From the human T2T-CHM13v2.0 reference genome, Homo sapiens, in the NCBI RefSeq assembly GCF_009914755.1, contig NC_060928.1: a stretch of 64,000 nt of DNA. One strand, given 5' to 3'. Below the pieces are notes generated by a model. That model worked only from the letters and a program-made list of their open reading frames with translations, was not told the origin of the DNA and searched no databases. Position 1 is the stretch's first letter. Each line of letters opens with the position of its first letter. The translations under genes were made by a program, and so were the position numbers. This document shows positions 26,023 through 39,861 of this stretch, one piece after another.

Positions 26023-28297
26023 GAAGAGATCTTAATGACACAGAAATAAACTATTTTCTGAATCTCACACTTCTGAAATAGCTAAAAAAACAAAAACAAA
26101 AATAAAAAAAAAAACTATTTGACCAATAAAATTAAAAGCACCAGTGTTAACATTTCAACTAATACATAACAATTACGAAATTATTTTGGTTACTTGAAAT
26201 ATATCCCTTGCAAAAGCAGAAAAGGGAGAAAAGGTAAAAATAAGTGTTGTTACCATGACAAAATATCAGTTTTAAAGTTTTGAACAACAAAGCAGAATTT
26301 GCTGACCTAAAATGATTATCAATAAGAAACAATAATAAATAAATCTGTTAATGCTATTATACATAAATGGTATTGCTCTTCTAAAAAACACAGTGTAGCT
26401 GCAACGTAGAGGAAAGTGCTTCGGAGTTAAAAGTCAGATATGGGAATTATTTTTCAAACTTTGCCAATGCATGATGTATGATATTGAATAAACTGGGTAA
26501 CCTGGCCGAACACAAATTATCTAATTCATAAAATGAAGTCATCCTCAACGTGATTTCTAATGACTCTTCTATGATTTCTAACCAATTTTTGAAAGTTTGT
26601 TTCTATTTAAAATCAGTGTTAGCTAAAAAGTTAAAACTGCACAATAGATAAAATCTGCACAAAGCTCTTCCTTGAGAAGATTATTGTACAAAGTAATATC
26701 TGTAAAAATATACTATGACTTTCTATGACCATATTAATAATTAATACACCAGATAGAGGTGGAAGGCTCTTTACTTAAGACTATGGTAAAATTAAATGGT
26801 TTCCTGTAGAGAAAATAAATCAGACTGAGATTTAATCTTTCTTTAAGAAAGCTAGGGAAAATGGTCTCATCTTGTGTGTACAAGATTCAAGTTACTTGTA
26901 AAATTAACATATGTATGGAAAAGGGGGAAAAAAAGAGGGAACAGAACTTTCTTCAAAGTCAATTTGAACCAAGCCATCTAACTTGATTGTCTTTTGAAAA
27001 TTTATATGAATATTTACAAAAATGTTTTCTTTGAACAGTTTATACAAACTCACTACAAATCATTCAGTCTATCTTTAACTCAGCCCTGCCTGCTACACTC
27101 TCTTTAATTGCATGCTATTCTTTTATTAGGCAGTTGGCTCTGCCTTCTGTGTTCTCTGAATCATTCCTGGAGAGTTTCCAGATCATTCCACTCTGCCCTT
27201 CCCGAATCTGAGCCTTGCTATTGCAGTTGTTCCCCTCTTTGTGTTGGCACATGCTGCCCTTTGTTTTGGGAGCTGAGGCCATGCCTATTTCTTCTTTTCC
27301 TTTCAGGGATTTCTTATCACAAAGAGATCCTTTACCAACATTGAAAGAACTTGAAAAAAAAAAGATCCCCTTGCTTGAGATCCTCACACATAGAAACAAA
27401 ACTACACATTTCTTATGTACCTTGACTTCTAAATAGTTTGGTAAGTTGTGAGAGAATTATAACCCAAAAAAGTTAAGATTCAATTTGAGAATCAAGAACT
27501 AAGTTTATTTTTATTAAATTATATGTAGCTGTTTTTTTTTCATGGCAGTGAGGGGATCAAGGACAGTACATTTCTTTGTTTCATAGATATTCATGAAAAC
27601 TTAAAATATACCAGTCAGATAAGAATGAAACAGTACAGAGTGAGGGTGCTGACATTTCTTCTCTATAATTTAAAATATCAATAATATTATTTTTATTCAT
27701 GTCTATGTGCACATATCGAATAATTTTAGTAATATGATCTTGGATGTGTGATGTGTATTTTTCCCTAGAAGCAGAGAGATTGACTATCATTATATTGACT
27801 ATCATCCTGCCTTATGATTCTGAGAATATTTTATTTTTATTTTGAAATATACTTCATGCCACAAGATTTGCATAGATCAATCTACATTTTAAAAAGTTAT
27901 GCCTGTATTGAAGTACTCATCATTCACATAACAATAGCTAATGCTCATGTGAGGCTTATGATGGCCGAGGCAATCTATGCAGTGCTTAACCACCTAACAA
28001 CTCTATAAGGTATCTATTATTACAGATGCAGAAGCTAAATGTTAGAGAGTTTGAACAACTTAACCAAAGTGATAACATTCAAAAAATGGCACAACTAGTC
28101 ATGAAGAAGTCTAAGCTGTTAATCACTTCACAGCATCACCTTTTATGACCACACAAATACACACAGCTAAATACATATGCGGGTGTCCATTATTTATCAT
28201 TATAGTTAAAATCATTCTATACAGAAGCATACATATGCTATCAAGATATAATTGCATATAATATCAAGATATTGTATTATATCAAGATATAATATAA

Positions 28298-28582
<285 letters not shown>

Positions 28583-28690
28583 GATACAATTGGTACTGCA
28601 AAATACAAAATAGATACACACAGTTTTCAATGACAACTTTTAAAACCCAGGGATCCTTCACACACAATGTCTTCCATGTGTGAGTACCTT

Positions 28691-28693
28691 TGT

Positions 28694-28728
<35 letters not shown>
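28691..28728. repeat. (TG)n microsatellite
   Basis: Directly visible. Confidence 0.9.
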
Positions 28729-28730
<2 letters not shown>

Positions 28731-31299
28731 TGATTCTTTAGGAACTTAGGAACTTAGAAACATTAGTGATGCTTTTGACAAGTTTGCTCTTAATGAAATA
28801 GAAAAACGTGATGCTTCTTGACAGGTACATAGGCTCATGTTTCTCTGACCTTCAATAACTCTAAACTAATATCATTGGTCACTTTTTCTGCAATTTCTAC
28901 AACTCAACCATTCTGGGATTTACAGGGCCATGGTTAATAGTTAAACTCAGAGTTAGACAGTTTTCTTAAAGATTGATGAGGGCCCTCACAGGTTCATTAT
29001 GTTTACTACATAAGGAAATTAAATCATACTGTACTAAACAGCACTTTACTGTAACAATGTATTTTGGTATTTGAAATATTATGCCTTTTTATAAATAAGA
29101 TTGTATTTTTTAAAATCTTAGGGTTTACCTTACTTCATCTTGTTTTTAAAGAGCACAGCACAGTACCTTATGCATAGTATGGCCAACTTTCAATAAAGGT
29201 TAGTGAATAAATATATAAATGTCAACATAAAAATTATGCTTCAGACAATGTGGTAAAAATATATGAATTAAATGTAGTTTTATGTTAATAAATACAGTAG
29301 CTATCAGAATTGAATTAGAGTCTATGTGGGACCAGAATATTCCTATGATTTCATAAGGAAATAAAGATCCAGTCAAGAATAGTACTACCTAGATTCAACT
29401 GTGTCTGTCTCCTGGCAGAATGGACAAACAACAGATAAATAAAAAATAATCATATATACGGAAGATAAAAGTCTCGGTTATGTTTTGTATATCCTGTCCT
29501 ATTATAAGCTCAGAAATGGTGAACAAAGGCAAAATATTTGTTATAGAATATCAATTAATAAAAAACAATAGCATCTCAAAGACAGCATTTTGTTACCACT
29601 GTAGAACAATTTTTTCATACAAGATTATTCAATGGACGACAAAACAAGATATTTACATAGTTCCAAAGTATCTCCATGTAGTATAATTACTATTTACTGA
29701 GGAAAAAATGGGAATATCATTGAAACCTGGGGGCCACAACAATGACCATGTGATTTATGTTAATATTAACAAGCATAGGATAAACTGGTATCTTGTATTC
29801 CTTGATATAATTTGCTGAAAAAGATATAATATGAATTCTGTGTCATTCTTGTGAAAAATAAAGTTTACTCCAAATATAAGGAAATGTCAGACAGTAGACA
29901 GGCAACTGGACTAAATTCTCCAAAAATTGCAATGGATAAGACAAGTAAATAATTATTTTATATTAAGGGAGACTAAAGAAATGTTAATAATAATATTTAT
30001 AATTAGATCCAGGGCCAAGCAGAAATTTCTGCAATGCTGTTATAGAATGAATTTGAGGTCATTGAAGTAAGAATTAACTATATATTAAATAATGTCAGTG
30101 TAAAAATATTAATTTTATTATAGTTATGTTGAGTTACTTAGGAAGATATGGCCCTGATGTCCAGAACTAAATCTCAAATAGTTTGGGAATAAATAATATA
30201 TTCATAAATGTCAAAAATTTGTTAGGGTTAAGGATATTAACCGGGGTAAAATATGTTCACTTTGCTTTCATTCTAACTCCTTTTTCAGCCTGTAATTATT
30301 TAAAAATAAGAGATATTTATTTTTACAAATGAAGAGACCCTCATATACAACATTCAAAAGGGATGAAAAGTAAATATGTAAGTAGAGAAGCCCGTAGTTT
30401 TCCATGTTTTTCTCATTTGCAATGATATCAAATGTAGGAATCTAGAATTTTACTTTCTAGATCCATGACACCTTGTGGCTAACCTTCAGAACAAGGAGTT
30501 TCACTGTAATGACATTAAATGACATATTGTCATCTGTGTAGTCTACACAGAAAGGGCACTCAATCAAGTCTGAAAAGGAATAATCACTATAAAATTATTA
30601 TAAAATACATATTGCAATAACTATTTGACACCAGGAACTCTGAGAAAATGCCATAAAAATCATCACTGTTTTTCTCCTTATTTTATGTAATTCCTCATGA
30701 CTTTCCTTTTCTTTGTAAATATTAGTAAATCTGCAGGATAATTATATTAATACAAGCACCCTAAAACTGAATTGCAAATATCATATAGGTCATTTGCTAA
30801 GCGACAGTGATAAATGTCAGTGTGCTTATTATATAACTCTAATTGATACAATACAATGTAATATATCTACACATATATATTTTTTCTTTAGTATTATTTT
30901 AACTTTATTCAAGTTGATATGCCAAACTAGTGTTATTTATATGACCTATTGTGTTGATAAATATTATCGTTATGCTTGTTAACTTCAAAGTCTCCAAGCT
31001 GAAAAAACACTGAAAATTAAATCAAAACTATTAAAGGTTAAATACTGATGAAAAAGAAATGGTTAGATACAGATGAAGAAAATGTGTATATATCCATATA
31101 TTAAAATATTCAACTGTATCAAACTACATATGAAAAATGATTTCTTAGTAATACAAGTTAACAGAAAATTATCTACTATAAAGTAATTTATTTTTTGTTC
31201 AATATGTATAGGACCATACTTTGTTTGGAAAGAGCTAACCCTTACATTAGAGCATGTGGTCCTGTATATCTGTATTTAGCTGAACATATCTGAGAGTCT

Positions 31300-32280
31300 G
31301 AGGATTTCTCTTCTTCATTCTACTTTCAATACATTTACCCCCATTCCTTTCTCTCAACTGTTGACTTTTTTTTATATTTCAATAAGAAAATATAGGCAAT
31401 CATAAGAAAATTTTCATCTATCAACCTGATATTGTGTTTATATAGTCCTTCTATGTACTTATACAGCATAGATGGACTGTTTTCCCACCTAAAGTCAGAG
31501 CCCACTCTGACCTAAGACACCACTATCTCTCATTTGAATATGGTAATAACGTTCAAACTGCCATCCCTGCTCTCATCTTACTCCCTGAAAGCCAATTTTT
31601 ACAGAAACCAAACTGATCTTATCGCCCTGAGAAGTAAGCACCAAGATTATATTATACACTACAGAATCTTCTCTTGTTAGAGCTGCAATCTTCTCATGTG
31701 TCTTCCCACTGTTCTCAATTGTTCTGCTCCATCACTCTGGCCTAGCTGTTTCTAGAACACATCAAGCTTTTCCTCTCAGGTTTGCACTTTGTTTTCACCC
31801 TTCTTGGAGGGCAGTTACTCCGATTTTTGGAAGATTACACTTTTTTTCAGGTCTCTGTTAAATATAACATATACAAATAATGCTTTTGCGAGGAGCGGCC
31901 AGCAGTGGACCGAGTGAAATGAGTCAGTCCCGTTTCCCCCGCTTGAAGAAGGGTCAAGGTCAAGGGAACAATTGTGTGTCATCTCTCCTTCCACAGGTAA
32001 AAGAAGACACATAGGAGACTAATCCGTCTCTCTCGACATATGCCCGCAATTCTGTCTTTATTCTTTTTTATTTATTTTTAGCACATATGGCCATTTGACA
32101 CTCTGAATATGCCTTTATTTGTTTATTTGTTTTCTTATCCCCACTCCCAGTGGAAGATGAGCTTTACAGAGTAGGGATTAGTCTATTTTACTGTTGTATC
32201 TTCAGCACCAAAAATAACTGCCTGGCATGTGATAGGTATGTGAGAAATATTTATTGAATGTTTTTGAATGAATTAAGTAT
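31300..32280 (+). mobile_element. L2 fragment (3' end), interrupted at ~31880-32047
   Basis: Ends ...tgcctggcatgtgataggt...aaatatttattgaatg...gaatgaat, typical of an L2 3' terminus. Confidence 0.7.
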
Positions 32281-34479
32281 GAAGCCAAGCAGACAGTTTA
32301 AATGTGCTGCAGTTCATTGTAGCTGAAAATAGTCTTAAGATTTAGTTGTTGAAAATATCAGAATCATAAAGGACAAAAAGACACAGTAACATATCTATTC
32401 TTTATATCAAGAAAAACTCTCTAGACCAGAAGCTACTCCTGTCATACCTCTGATCATGTTTTCAAAAGAGTTTCCTAAGATTTTTCGTTGTTGATCCTTC
32501 AGACAGACTATATCATTCAAGATTTAGAGAAGAACATAGAAGTACTAGTATTTTTTGGCTGTCAGTCTGAACAGATATCTTGAATTATTAATAAAATGAG
32601 TGAGAAAGAGCATGAATATAGAAGATGATGGTTTTCAGAACAGGCAAACTGCAACTAGTTAGTGCATTTAGCAGCTGTTTACATTTTTTAAACTTATCTT
32701 TCACAATTCTAAAAAATTGTTTATGGTAATAATAAAATAGTTTCTTCAATCACATTGTGCATAGATAATGCAATGCATTATCTCTTATAGCCTCCCTCAT
32801 TTTTCATTAATCCACATCATAATTATATAGCAGTAATTTCCTCAAATTTCTAAATATTTATCTTTCTCTCTCATTAAAATCAACCTTCATAACTCTTAAG
32901 AATATCATACTGTCCATATTAATTTTTATTGGATTGGCAAATCTAAGTAATCTACTCATCCAGTTACTCCGATAAAGAATAATACTGAAGGGAACATTGA
33001 CATAAAAACACAGAATTCACATAGAATGGAAAGTAAATATACTATTAGATATAAGAATTTACACATGATGGTATGAAGCTCTTTCCCTAACACTAAAAAA
33101 TGATTTCTTATATTTTGTAGATGTCAATATTATATTTTTAGAGTTAAAAACTAATAATAATGGCTGGATCAGAAGACTGAGATTTGGAGTTTTCACTTTA
33201 ATATTGCTTTCCCTTATGTACTCAGCTAATACTGGTTTTATGATGTATACTGATATTATGTTACATAAAGTGGTTTTCCATCAGGAAAACAACATATTGA
33301 TCACACATGCATGCTGCTCAAAATTACATATTGGTATTACACTACTTTTCAGTTCAACTTCAAAAAATTTATCTCATTTTTAAGATAAATTTTTAGATAA
33401 CTAAAGTATTTAATGGTCCTTTATAATACTTTTCAAATATATAAATTATGTGTCTGAAGAGAATCCAAGAAAGGATACTTCAAAGTCATGGTATCCTGCT
33501 CTTCTGGTTCAAATTTGATTAAGAAAAAAATAAAGTTTCTTTTTCAAAATTTTGCTTAATCATTAAACTTGGTTATACACTCTATTTCAGTGAATATATT
33601 TTGAAAAATTGAAATAAATATTTTTTCTGCTTTTCTACTTAATAATTACATAAAATTTGGAGACTGAATCTCAGATTGAAACAAATAAGTTGACTCTTTA
33701 ATTAGTTCTTTGTTGCTGTCATTAGTCATAATCTTGAACTATTTGTGGCAGGTCACGTGCATTTTTGAAGGTTCCATTGGAGGAAAAGCTCCAAGAGCAC
33801 TTTTGTTTTTATTATGTCATCATTTTACCAAATGCCTGTCATGTGCTATGAGATAATGCTTGTTTAATATAGAATAAGAATAGTTATGCTCTTGATTCTA
33901 ATTATGCTAATACAATTTCAAAATATATTTTAGAGAGCTTATAGATTTGTACACATGTCACTGAGGTATACCAATGCTAGAAACCAAAAAACAAATAAAA
34001 TTGCCATATTTTTTGTAGTGACATTTTATATACTCCTGATAATCTTACTTTCTCCTCAAAACAGTCATGTGTAATTGGTTCTAATCTTCATTAATTAGAA
34101 CTGGATACTGGAAAACAATGTGATTAAGCACACCAGGCTTGACCCTTGGTCTTCTGAGGACAATTCAATGACTGCCTGATAAAAAGTATTTCAATCCAAT
34201 AACTTTGTTAAACAGTAGAAGTAAGAAGAGAAGTGAAAATACACTTTTTAAAGGCAAAATGAAGGTTTCCCTATATGGTGGAAGATGTATGTTAAGATTT
34301 AACCCTATCAGGCACCAATCTTTGTGCATCTGCATGTTTTTATAGTTTTAATAGATATTGTGTTTGTGTATCTATGCATGCATATATATATGAAAATGTA
34401 TATATTTGAACATGTGATTATATATGCCAGTTTCATCAATTTTATTTCTGAAATATATTATGAAAATAAAATAGTGTAT

Positions 34480-36250
34480 ATAATGTAGCTTTAAAGTTTG
34501 AAGAATGTTAATAAAATAAAACAAGCATCACGACATAGTATTAAAAGATAACATTAAAAGTCCTGACTGTGCCCCTACATAAAAGCATACTTTTTGCTCC
34601 TTCAGTTAATAATTTTTCTTAGTTTTTGATTATTTACCCTAAAACAATTATTTTATGGAGGTTTGAGGGCCTCTTTTTGATATATATCTAAATAGTGCTT
34701 CTACTTCACTGATTTGCCTATTCTCCAAATATTCTATTTTTGAGAATCAGATGTATTCATGCATGTTATCATAAGTGATTACAATAAAAGAAAATATTCA
34801 CCAATTATCAGACCTAACATGCCAGACTATATCATCTCATTTAAAATTTATGTAATTGTGGTTAGACATTTAATTTTTTATTGTATGTCAGTCAGGGTTT
34901 TTTAAAATTTCTGGTTTTTGTCTGTTGCTTTTACCAACAATTCTGCAGTAAAAAGTTATATGCATCACCCTTGGTATCCACATTAAGTATTCCATTACAT
35001 TGAACTCCTAGAAATACAGTGACTGTCACAAGTGCAGGTGTGTTGTGTTGTACTGGATAATGAAAATATTTTCTCAAAGTTATTCTGTAAATTTAAAATT
35101 TCAGAAGTGTCTACCATTTTCATTGCCCCAGAAACTTTTCAGCACTTGATATTGTTAAGCAATTTTTCATTTTTTTTCCAACACGATGTGTGTAAATGTT
35201 TTCTCACTCTGATTTTAATTTTCATTTCCTATTATTGAAGTCTTTCAAGTTTACATAAATTCCATGGTATATTTATTTCCATTTAGTTAAATGAGTTCAA
35301 GATTTTTGTTTGTAATTTTCTATCAGATTGTTTGCTCCTTCAGATAATTTGTACAGCCTCTTTACTGTTTCTGTAAATATTTATTGATCATATATATTGA
35401 TAATATAGTCACCAAACTTTTGACTTGTTATTTATCCTTTTTTATGATGGACTTAATTAAAAAAAACTTACTTTTAATGGAGTCTAAATTTTCAAACTTT
35501 TTTCTGTGCCTAACTACTTTTGAATCTTAAAAAAAAATTGTATTTTCAGAACTAATAAAGCTTTTCCTCAATATTTTAAAGGTTTTCAAATTGGGTCTTC
35601 TAAATGTAACCTCAAAATTCATTAGTAATTTGTTCATTAATGTTATAATCCAGGTTTTATATATTTTTTTCTACATGGATAACAAATGGATCCAGCACCA
35701 TTTACTTAATACTCAACCATTTCCTGCTAATATGCAATGTCAGCTTTGTATACACAAGGTTTCCATATAAATGGTGATCTGATTGTTGTTTTTTATATAT
35801 TACAATTAATGAATTGCCCATTCCAGTACCATTTCTAAAGGAATTTTATTGCTACAGCTTTACAAAAAGCCATGACATTAAGAAGGAGAAATAAATCCTT
35901 CTTCATTGTTCTGTAGGTTTAGCTTTTATATGTTTGACTCCTTACTCTTTTTTACTAATTTTGGAAATTATGCTATCAAGTTTCCTGAAAAAAGTATAGA
36001 AAATTGATTATTCTTATAAATTGAAGAAAACATTTTAATTAATTTTAATAATTTTTTATGATTCATATTTTTTCTCTGAATTATCTTCAAATTATATTGT
36101 TAGACCTTATATTGCTTTTCTTTTATGTTTTGCTTGTTAGAAATTATATCTTAATTTTAAAAAGAAGTGGTGATACAAAACATTGTAGCTTTATTTTTTC
36201 TGAATCGATATTAATGATATGTTTCTAAATACTATTTTATTTTTATTTCA
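34480..36250 (-). mobile_element. Very old L1M fragment(s)
   Basis: T-rich, diverged L1-like text (ccagcaccatttact, ttccagtacc); boundaries approximate. Confidence 0.45.
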
Positions 36251-36287
36251 CAAGGGTTTTTCTAAATTATATATATATGTATTCATA

Positions 36288-36575
36288 TTTATTTTTGTGA
36301 CAAAGTCTCACTTTGTCATTCAGGCTGGAGTGCAGAGGAATGATTTTGGCTCACTGTAGTTTTGACCTCCCTGGATTAGGTGATCCTCCCACCTCGGCCT
36401 CCTGTAACTGGGACAGTAGGCACTCACCACCACCACATCTGGCTAATTTTTGTACTTTTGTAAAGGTGAGGTTTCACCATGTTGCCCAGACTGGTCTCAA
36501 ACTCCTGGGCTCAAGTGATCCACCCACCTCAACCTCCCAAAGTTCCGAGATTACATGCATGAGCCACTGTGCATG
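36288..36575 (-). mobile_element. Alu (AluJ-like)
   Basis: gacaaagtctcactttgtc...ctcctgggctcaagtgatcc...gagccactgtg, heavily diverged. Confidence 0.9.
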
Positions 36576-36976
36576 CATGCAATTAAAAATTTGTCAATTT
36601 TTAATTGACAAATAATAATTATATATATATATATATATATGATTATAAAAAGGATTAAAGGTAATTATTGGTGAGGATTCAGTCTGGATACTTTCAATTG
36701 ACCATTCTTTCAGTAGAACAATCTTGATTTCAACTTGGTTGAAGTGACTGTCAAACACATCTATTGAGTTAGTATTTTTTAGATGCACTATATTTTAGTT
36801 CAGAATATTTAATAGATTGTTATAGTTGCAAACTCATAAAATGTCATGTAAATTCTTTTACCCTTTTTTAAAGAATTTATTTTACTAAATGAATCATTTA
36901 TTTCAAAAAGACTTAAATATTTGGATATACTCTATAATATTTGGATTTCTACTAATTTCAATATTTAGATGACACA

Positions 36977-39371
36977 TGGTGTGGTTTGGCTCTGTTTCCC
37001 AACCCAAATCTCATGTTGAATTGTAACCCCCAATGTTGGAGGTAGAGCCAAATGGGAGGTGATTGGATCATGGGTGCAGATTTCCCCCTGGCTCTTCTCA
37101 TAATAGTGAGTAAGTTCTCACAATATCTTGTTGTTTAAAAGTTTCTGGCACCTCCCCATCACGCTCTTCCTCCTTCTTTGGCCATGTAAAACATGCCTTC
37201 TTCCCCTTGTTCCGTCTTCTGTCATGATTGTAAGCTTCCTGAGGCCTCCTAAGCCATGCTTCCTGTACAGCCTGCAGAACTGTGGTCAATTAAACCCCTA
37301 TTCTTTATAAATTACCCAGTCTCAGGTAGTCCTTCATAACAATGTGAGAATGGACTAATAGGAAAAATTGGTACCAGGAGTGGGGCATTGCTATGAAGAT
37401 ACCTGAAAATGTGGAAGTAACTTTGGAACCAGTCAACTGGCAGAGGTTGGAAAATTGTGGATGGCTCAGAAGAAGACAGGAAGATGAAGGAAAGTTTGGA
37501 ACTTCCTAGAGACTTGTTGAATTGCTTTGACCAAAATGCTAATCATAATACAGGCAATGAAGTCCAGCCTGAGTGGTCTCAGATGGAGGGGAACTTATTG
37601 GGAACTGAAGCAAAGGTCTCTTTTGTTATGCATTAGCAAAGAGGTTGGAGGCCTAGAAATCTGTGAAACTTTGAACTTGAGGGAGACGATTTATGGTATC
37701 TGGTGGAAGAAATTTCTAAGCAGCAAAGCATTCAAGAAGTTACCTGGCTGCTTCTAAAAGCATTTGTTCATATGCATGAGAAAAGAGATTATTTGAAACT
37801 GGAAGCTATGTTTTTAAAAGGAAAGAAGAGCATGAAAGTTTGGAAAATTTGGAGTCTGACCATGTGGTAGAAAAGAAAAGCACATTTTCAGGGAAATAAT
37901 TCAAGCCAGCTACAGAAAGTTGCATAGGACAAGCCAAATGTTAATAGTCAAGTCAATGGGGAAAATGCCTTGAAGTCATTTCAGAGACCTTTGTGGTAGC
38001 CCCTCTGATCACAGGCCCTAGGAAAGAAGAATGGTTTAATGGGCAGGGCCAAGGCCCCTCTCCCCTGTATAACCTTGGGACACTGCTCTCTGCATCCCAA
38101 CTTCTCCAGCTCCAGCTATGGCTATAAGGGCCCCAGGTACATCTCAGGCTGCTGCTCCAGAGGGTGCAATCCCCCATAAGCCTTGGCAGCTTCCACACTG
38201 TGTTAAGCCTGTGGGTGTGCAGAGGACAACAGTTGAGACTTGGGAGCCTCTGCCCAGATTCTAAAGGATATACAGAAACACCTGAATGTCCTGTTAGAAG
38301 TCTACTGCAGGGGTAGAGCCCTCATGGAGAAACTCTACTAAGGCAACGCAGAGTGGAAATGTGGGGTTGGAGCCCCCACACAGAGTCCCCACTGAGACAC
38401 TGCCTGGTGGAGTTCTGAGAAGAAAGCCACTGTCCTCTGGACCCCAGAATAATACATCCACCAACAGTTTGCACAATGCACCTAGAAAAGCCACAGTCAC
38501 TAAACATCAGACTGTGAAAGCAGCCATAGGGACTATATCCTGTAGAGCCACAGTGGCAGGGCTACCCAAGGCCTTGGGAGCCCACCCCTTGCATCAGTGT
38601 TGCCTGGATATGAGACATAGAGTCAAAGTCAAAGGATATTATTTTGGAGCTTTCAGATGTAATGACTGCCCTGTTGCATTTCAGACGTGTTTGGGGCTCG
38701 CAACTCCTTGGTTTTGGCTGATTCCTCCCTTTTGGAAAGAGAGTATGTATTCAATGCCTGTACTCCCATTGTATGTTGGAAGTAACTAACTTGTCTTTGA
38801 CAATACAGTCTCATAGGTGGAAGGGACCAGCTTTGTCTCAAATGAGACTTTGGATTTGGGACTTTTGAGTTAATATTGAAATAAATTAAGACTTTTCAGG
38901 ACTGTTGAGAAGGGATGATTGCTATTTTGAAATGTGAGAAGGACATAGGATTTGGGAGGGGCCAGGGGTAAAATAATATGGTTTGGCAATGTGTCCTCAC
39001 TCAAATCTCAAATTGAATTTTAATCCCCAATGTTTGAGGTAAGGCTAGATGGAAGTTGATTGGATCATGGCACTCACCAAGCACAGCAAAGAGCTCCCCG
39101 TTGCTGTTCTTGTGATAGTGAGTGAGTTCTCATGAGATCTGGTGGTTTATAAGAGTGTGGCACCTTTCCCCTCACCCTCTTCTGCTTCTCCAGTCATGTA
39201 AGATGTGCCTGCTTCCCATTCACCTTCTGCCATAATTGTAAGTTTTCTGAGGCTTCTCCAGCCATGCTTTCTGTACAGACTGTGGAACTGTGAGTAAATT
39301 AAACCTCTTTTCTCTGTAAGTTAGCTGGTCTCAGGTAGTTCTTTATAGTAATTTGAGAATGGACTATTATA
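36977..39371 (+). mobile_element. Full-length MaLR (MSTA/THE1-type): LTR 36977-~37362, internal, LTR 38974-39371
   Basis: Two similar LTRs; internal start aattggtaccaggagtgggg; purine tract gggaggggccagggg before the 3' LTR; perfect 5-bp TSD ACACA (36972-36976, 39372-39376). Confidence 0.92.
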
Positions 39372-39861
39372 ACACATAAGTCTCTTCATGTTTTATATAA
39401 TATTACTTTTCTCTACAAAATAAACCTTTATTGTGATAGTTTTGTACCATTTTCAGCTTCAGAATTTGGACTCTGAATAGCCTCATGTTCAAATTTGCCA
39501 CCGTAGCTCATGGTTCCATGCAGATTTCTGCTAGATTCCCTTCCCACCAAAACTAGTCTTCTGCCTGGAAAAAGCTGAAGTACTCACATTCTTGGCCCAA
39601 CTAAGATCCAGAAAAAAGTCCAAGACAAAGAAAATAAAAGTCATTACTTCAACTTTGAGAGTTTCTCCTCTCTTTGCAAATGTATGCATTTGATTCCTCC
39701 TCATTTCTTCTATAAAACTGTGATGTCTTTGAAGACAAAATACCTACATTTTAAATTAGTTTTCTGATTATTCTAAGTGTAAGAGTTAGTCTGACACAAA
39801 ATACACTATACTATCCCAAAGAAGAAATCTCAAATATGATTTTTTAAGAATAAACTAAGTA

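Noticed and set aside
37527-38841. ORFs of 60-150 aa in MaLR internal regions (also 8283-8911 and 62154-62807)
   Set aside because: Chance or decayed frames typical of MST/THE1 internal sequence, not collinear between copies.
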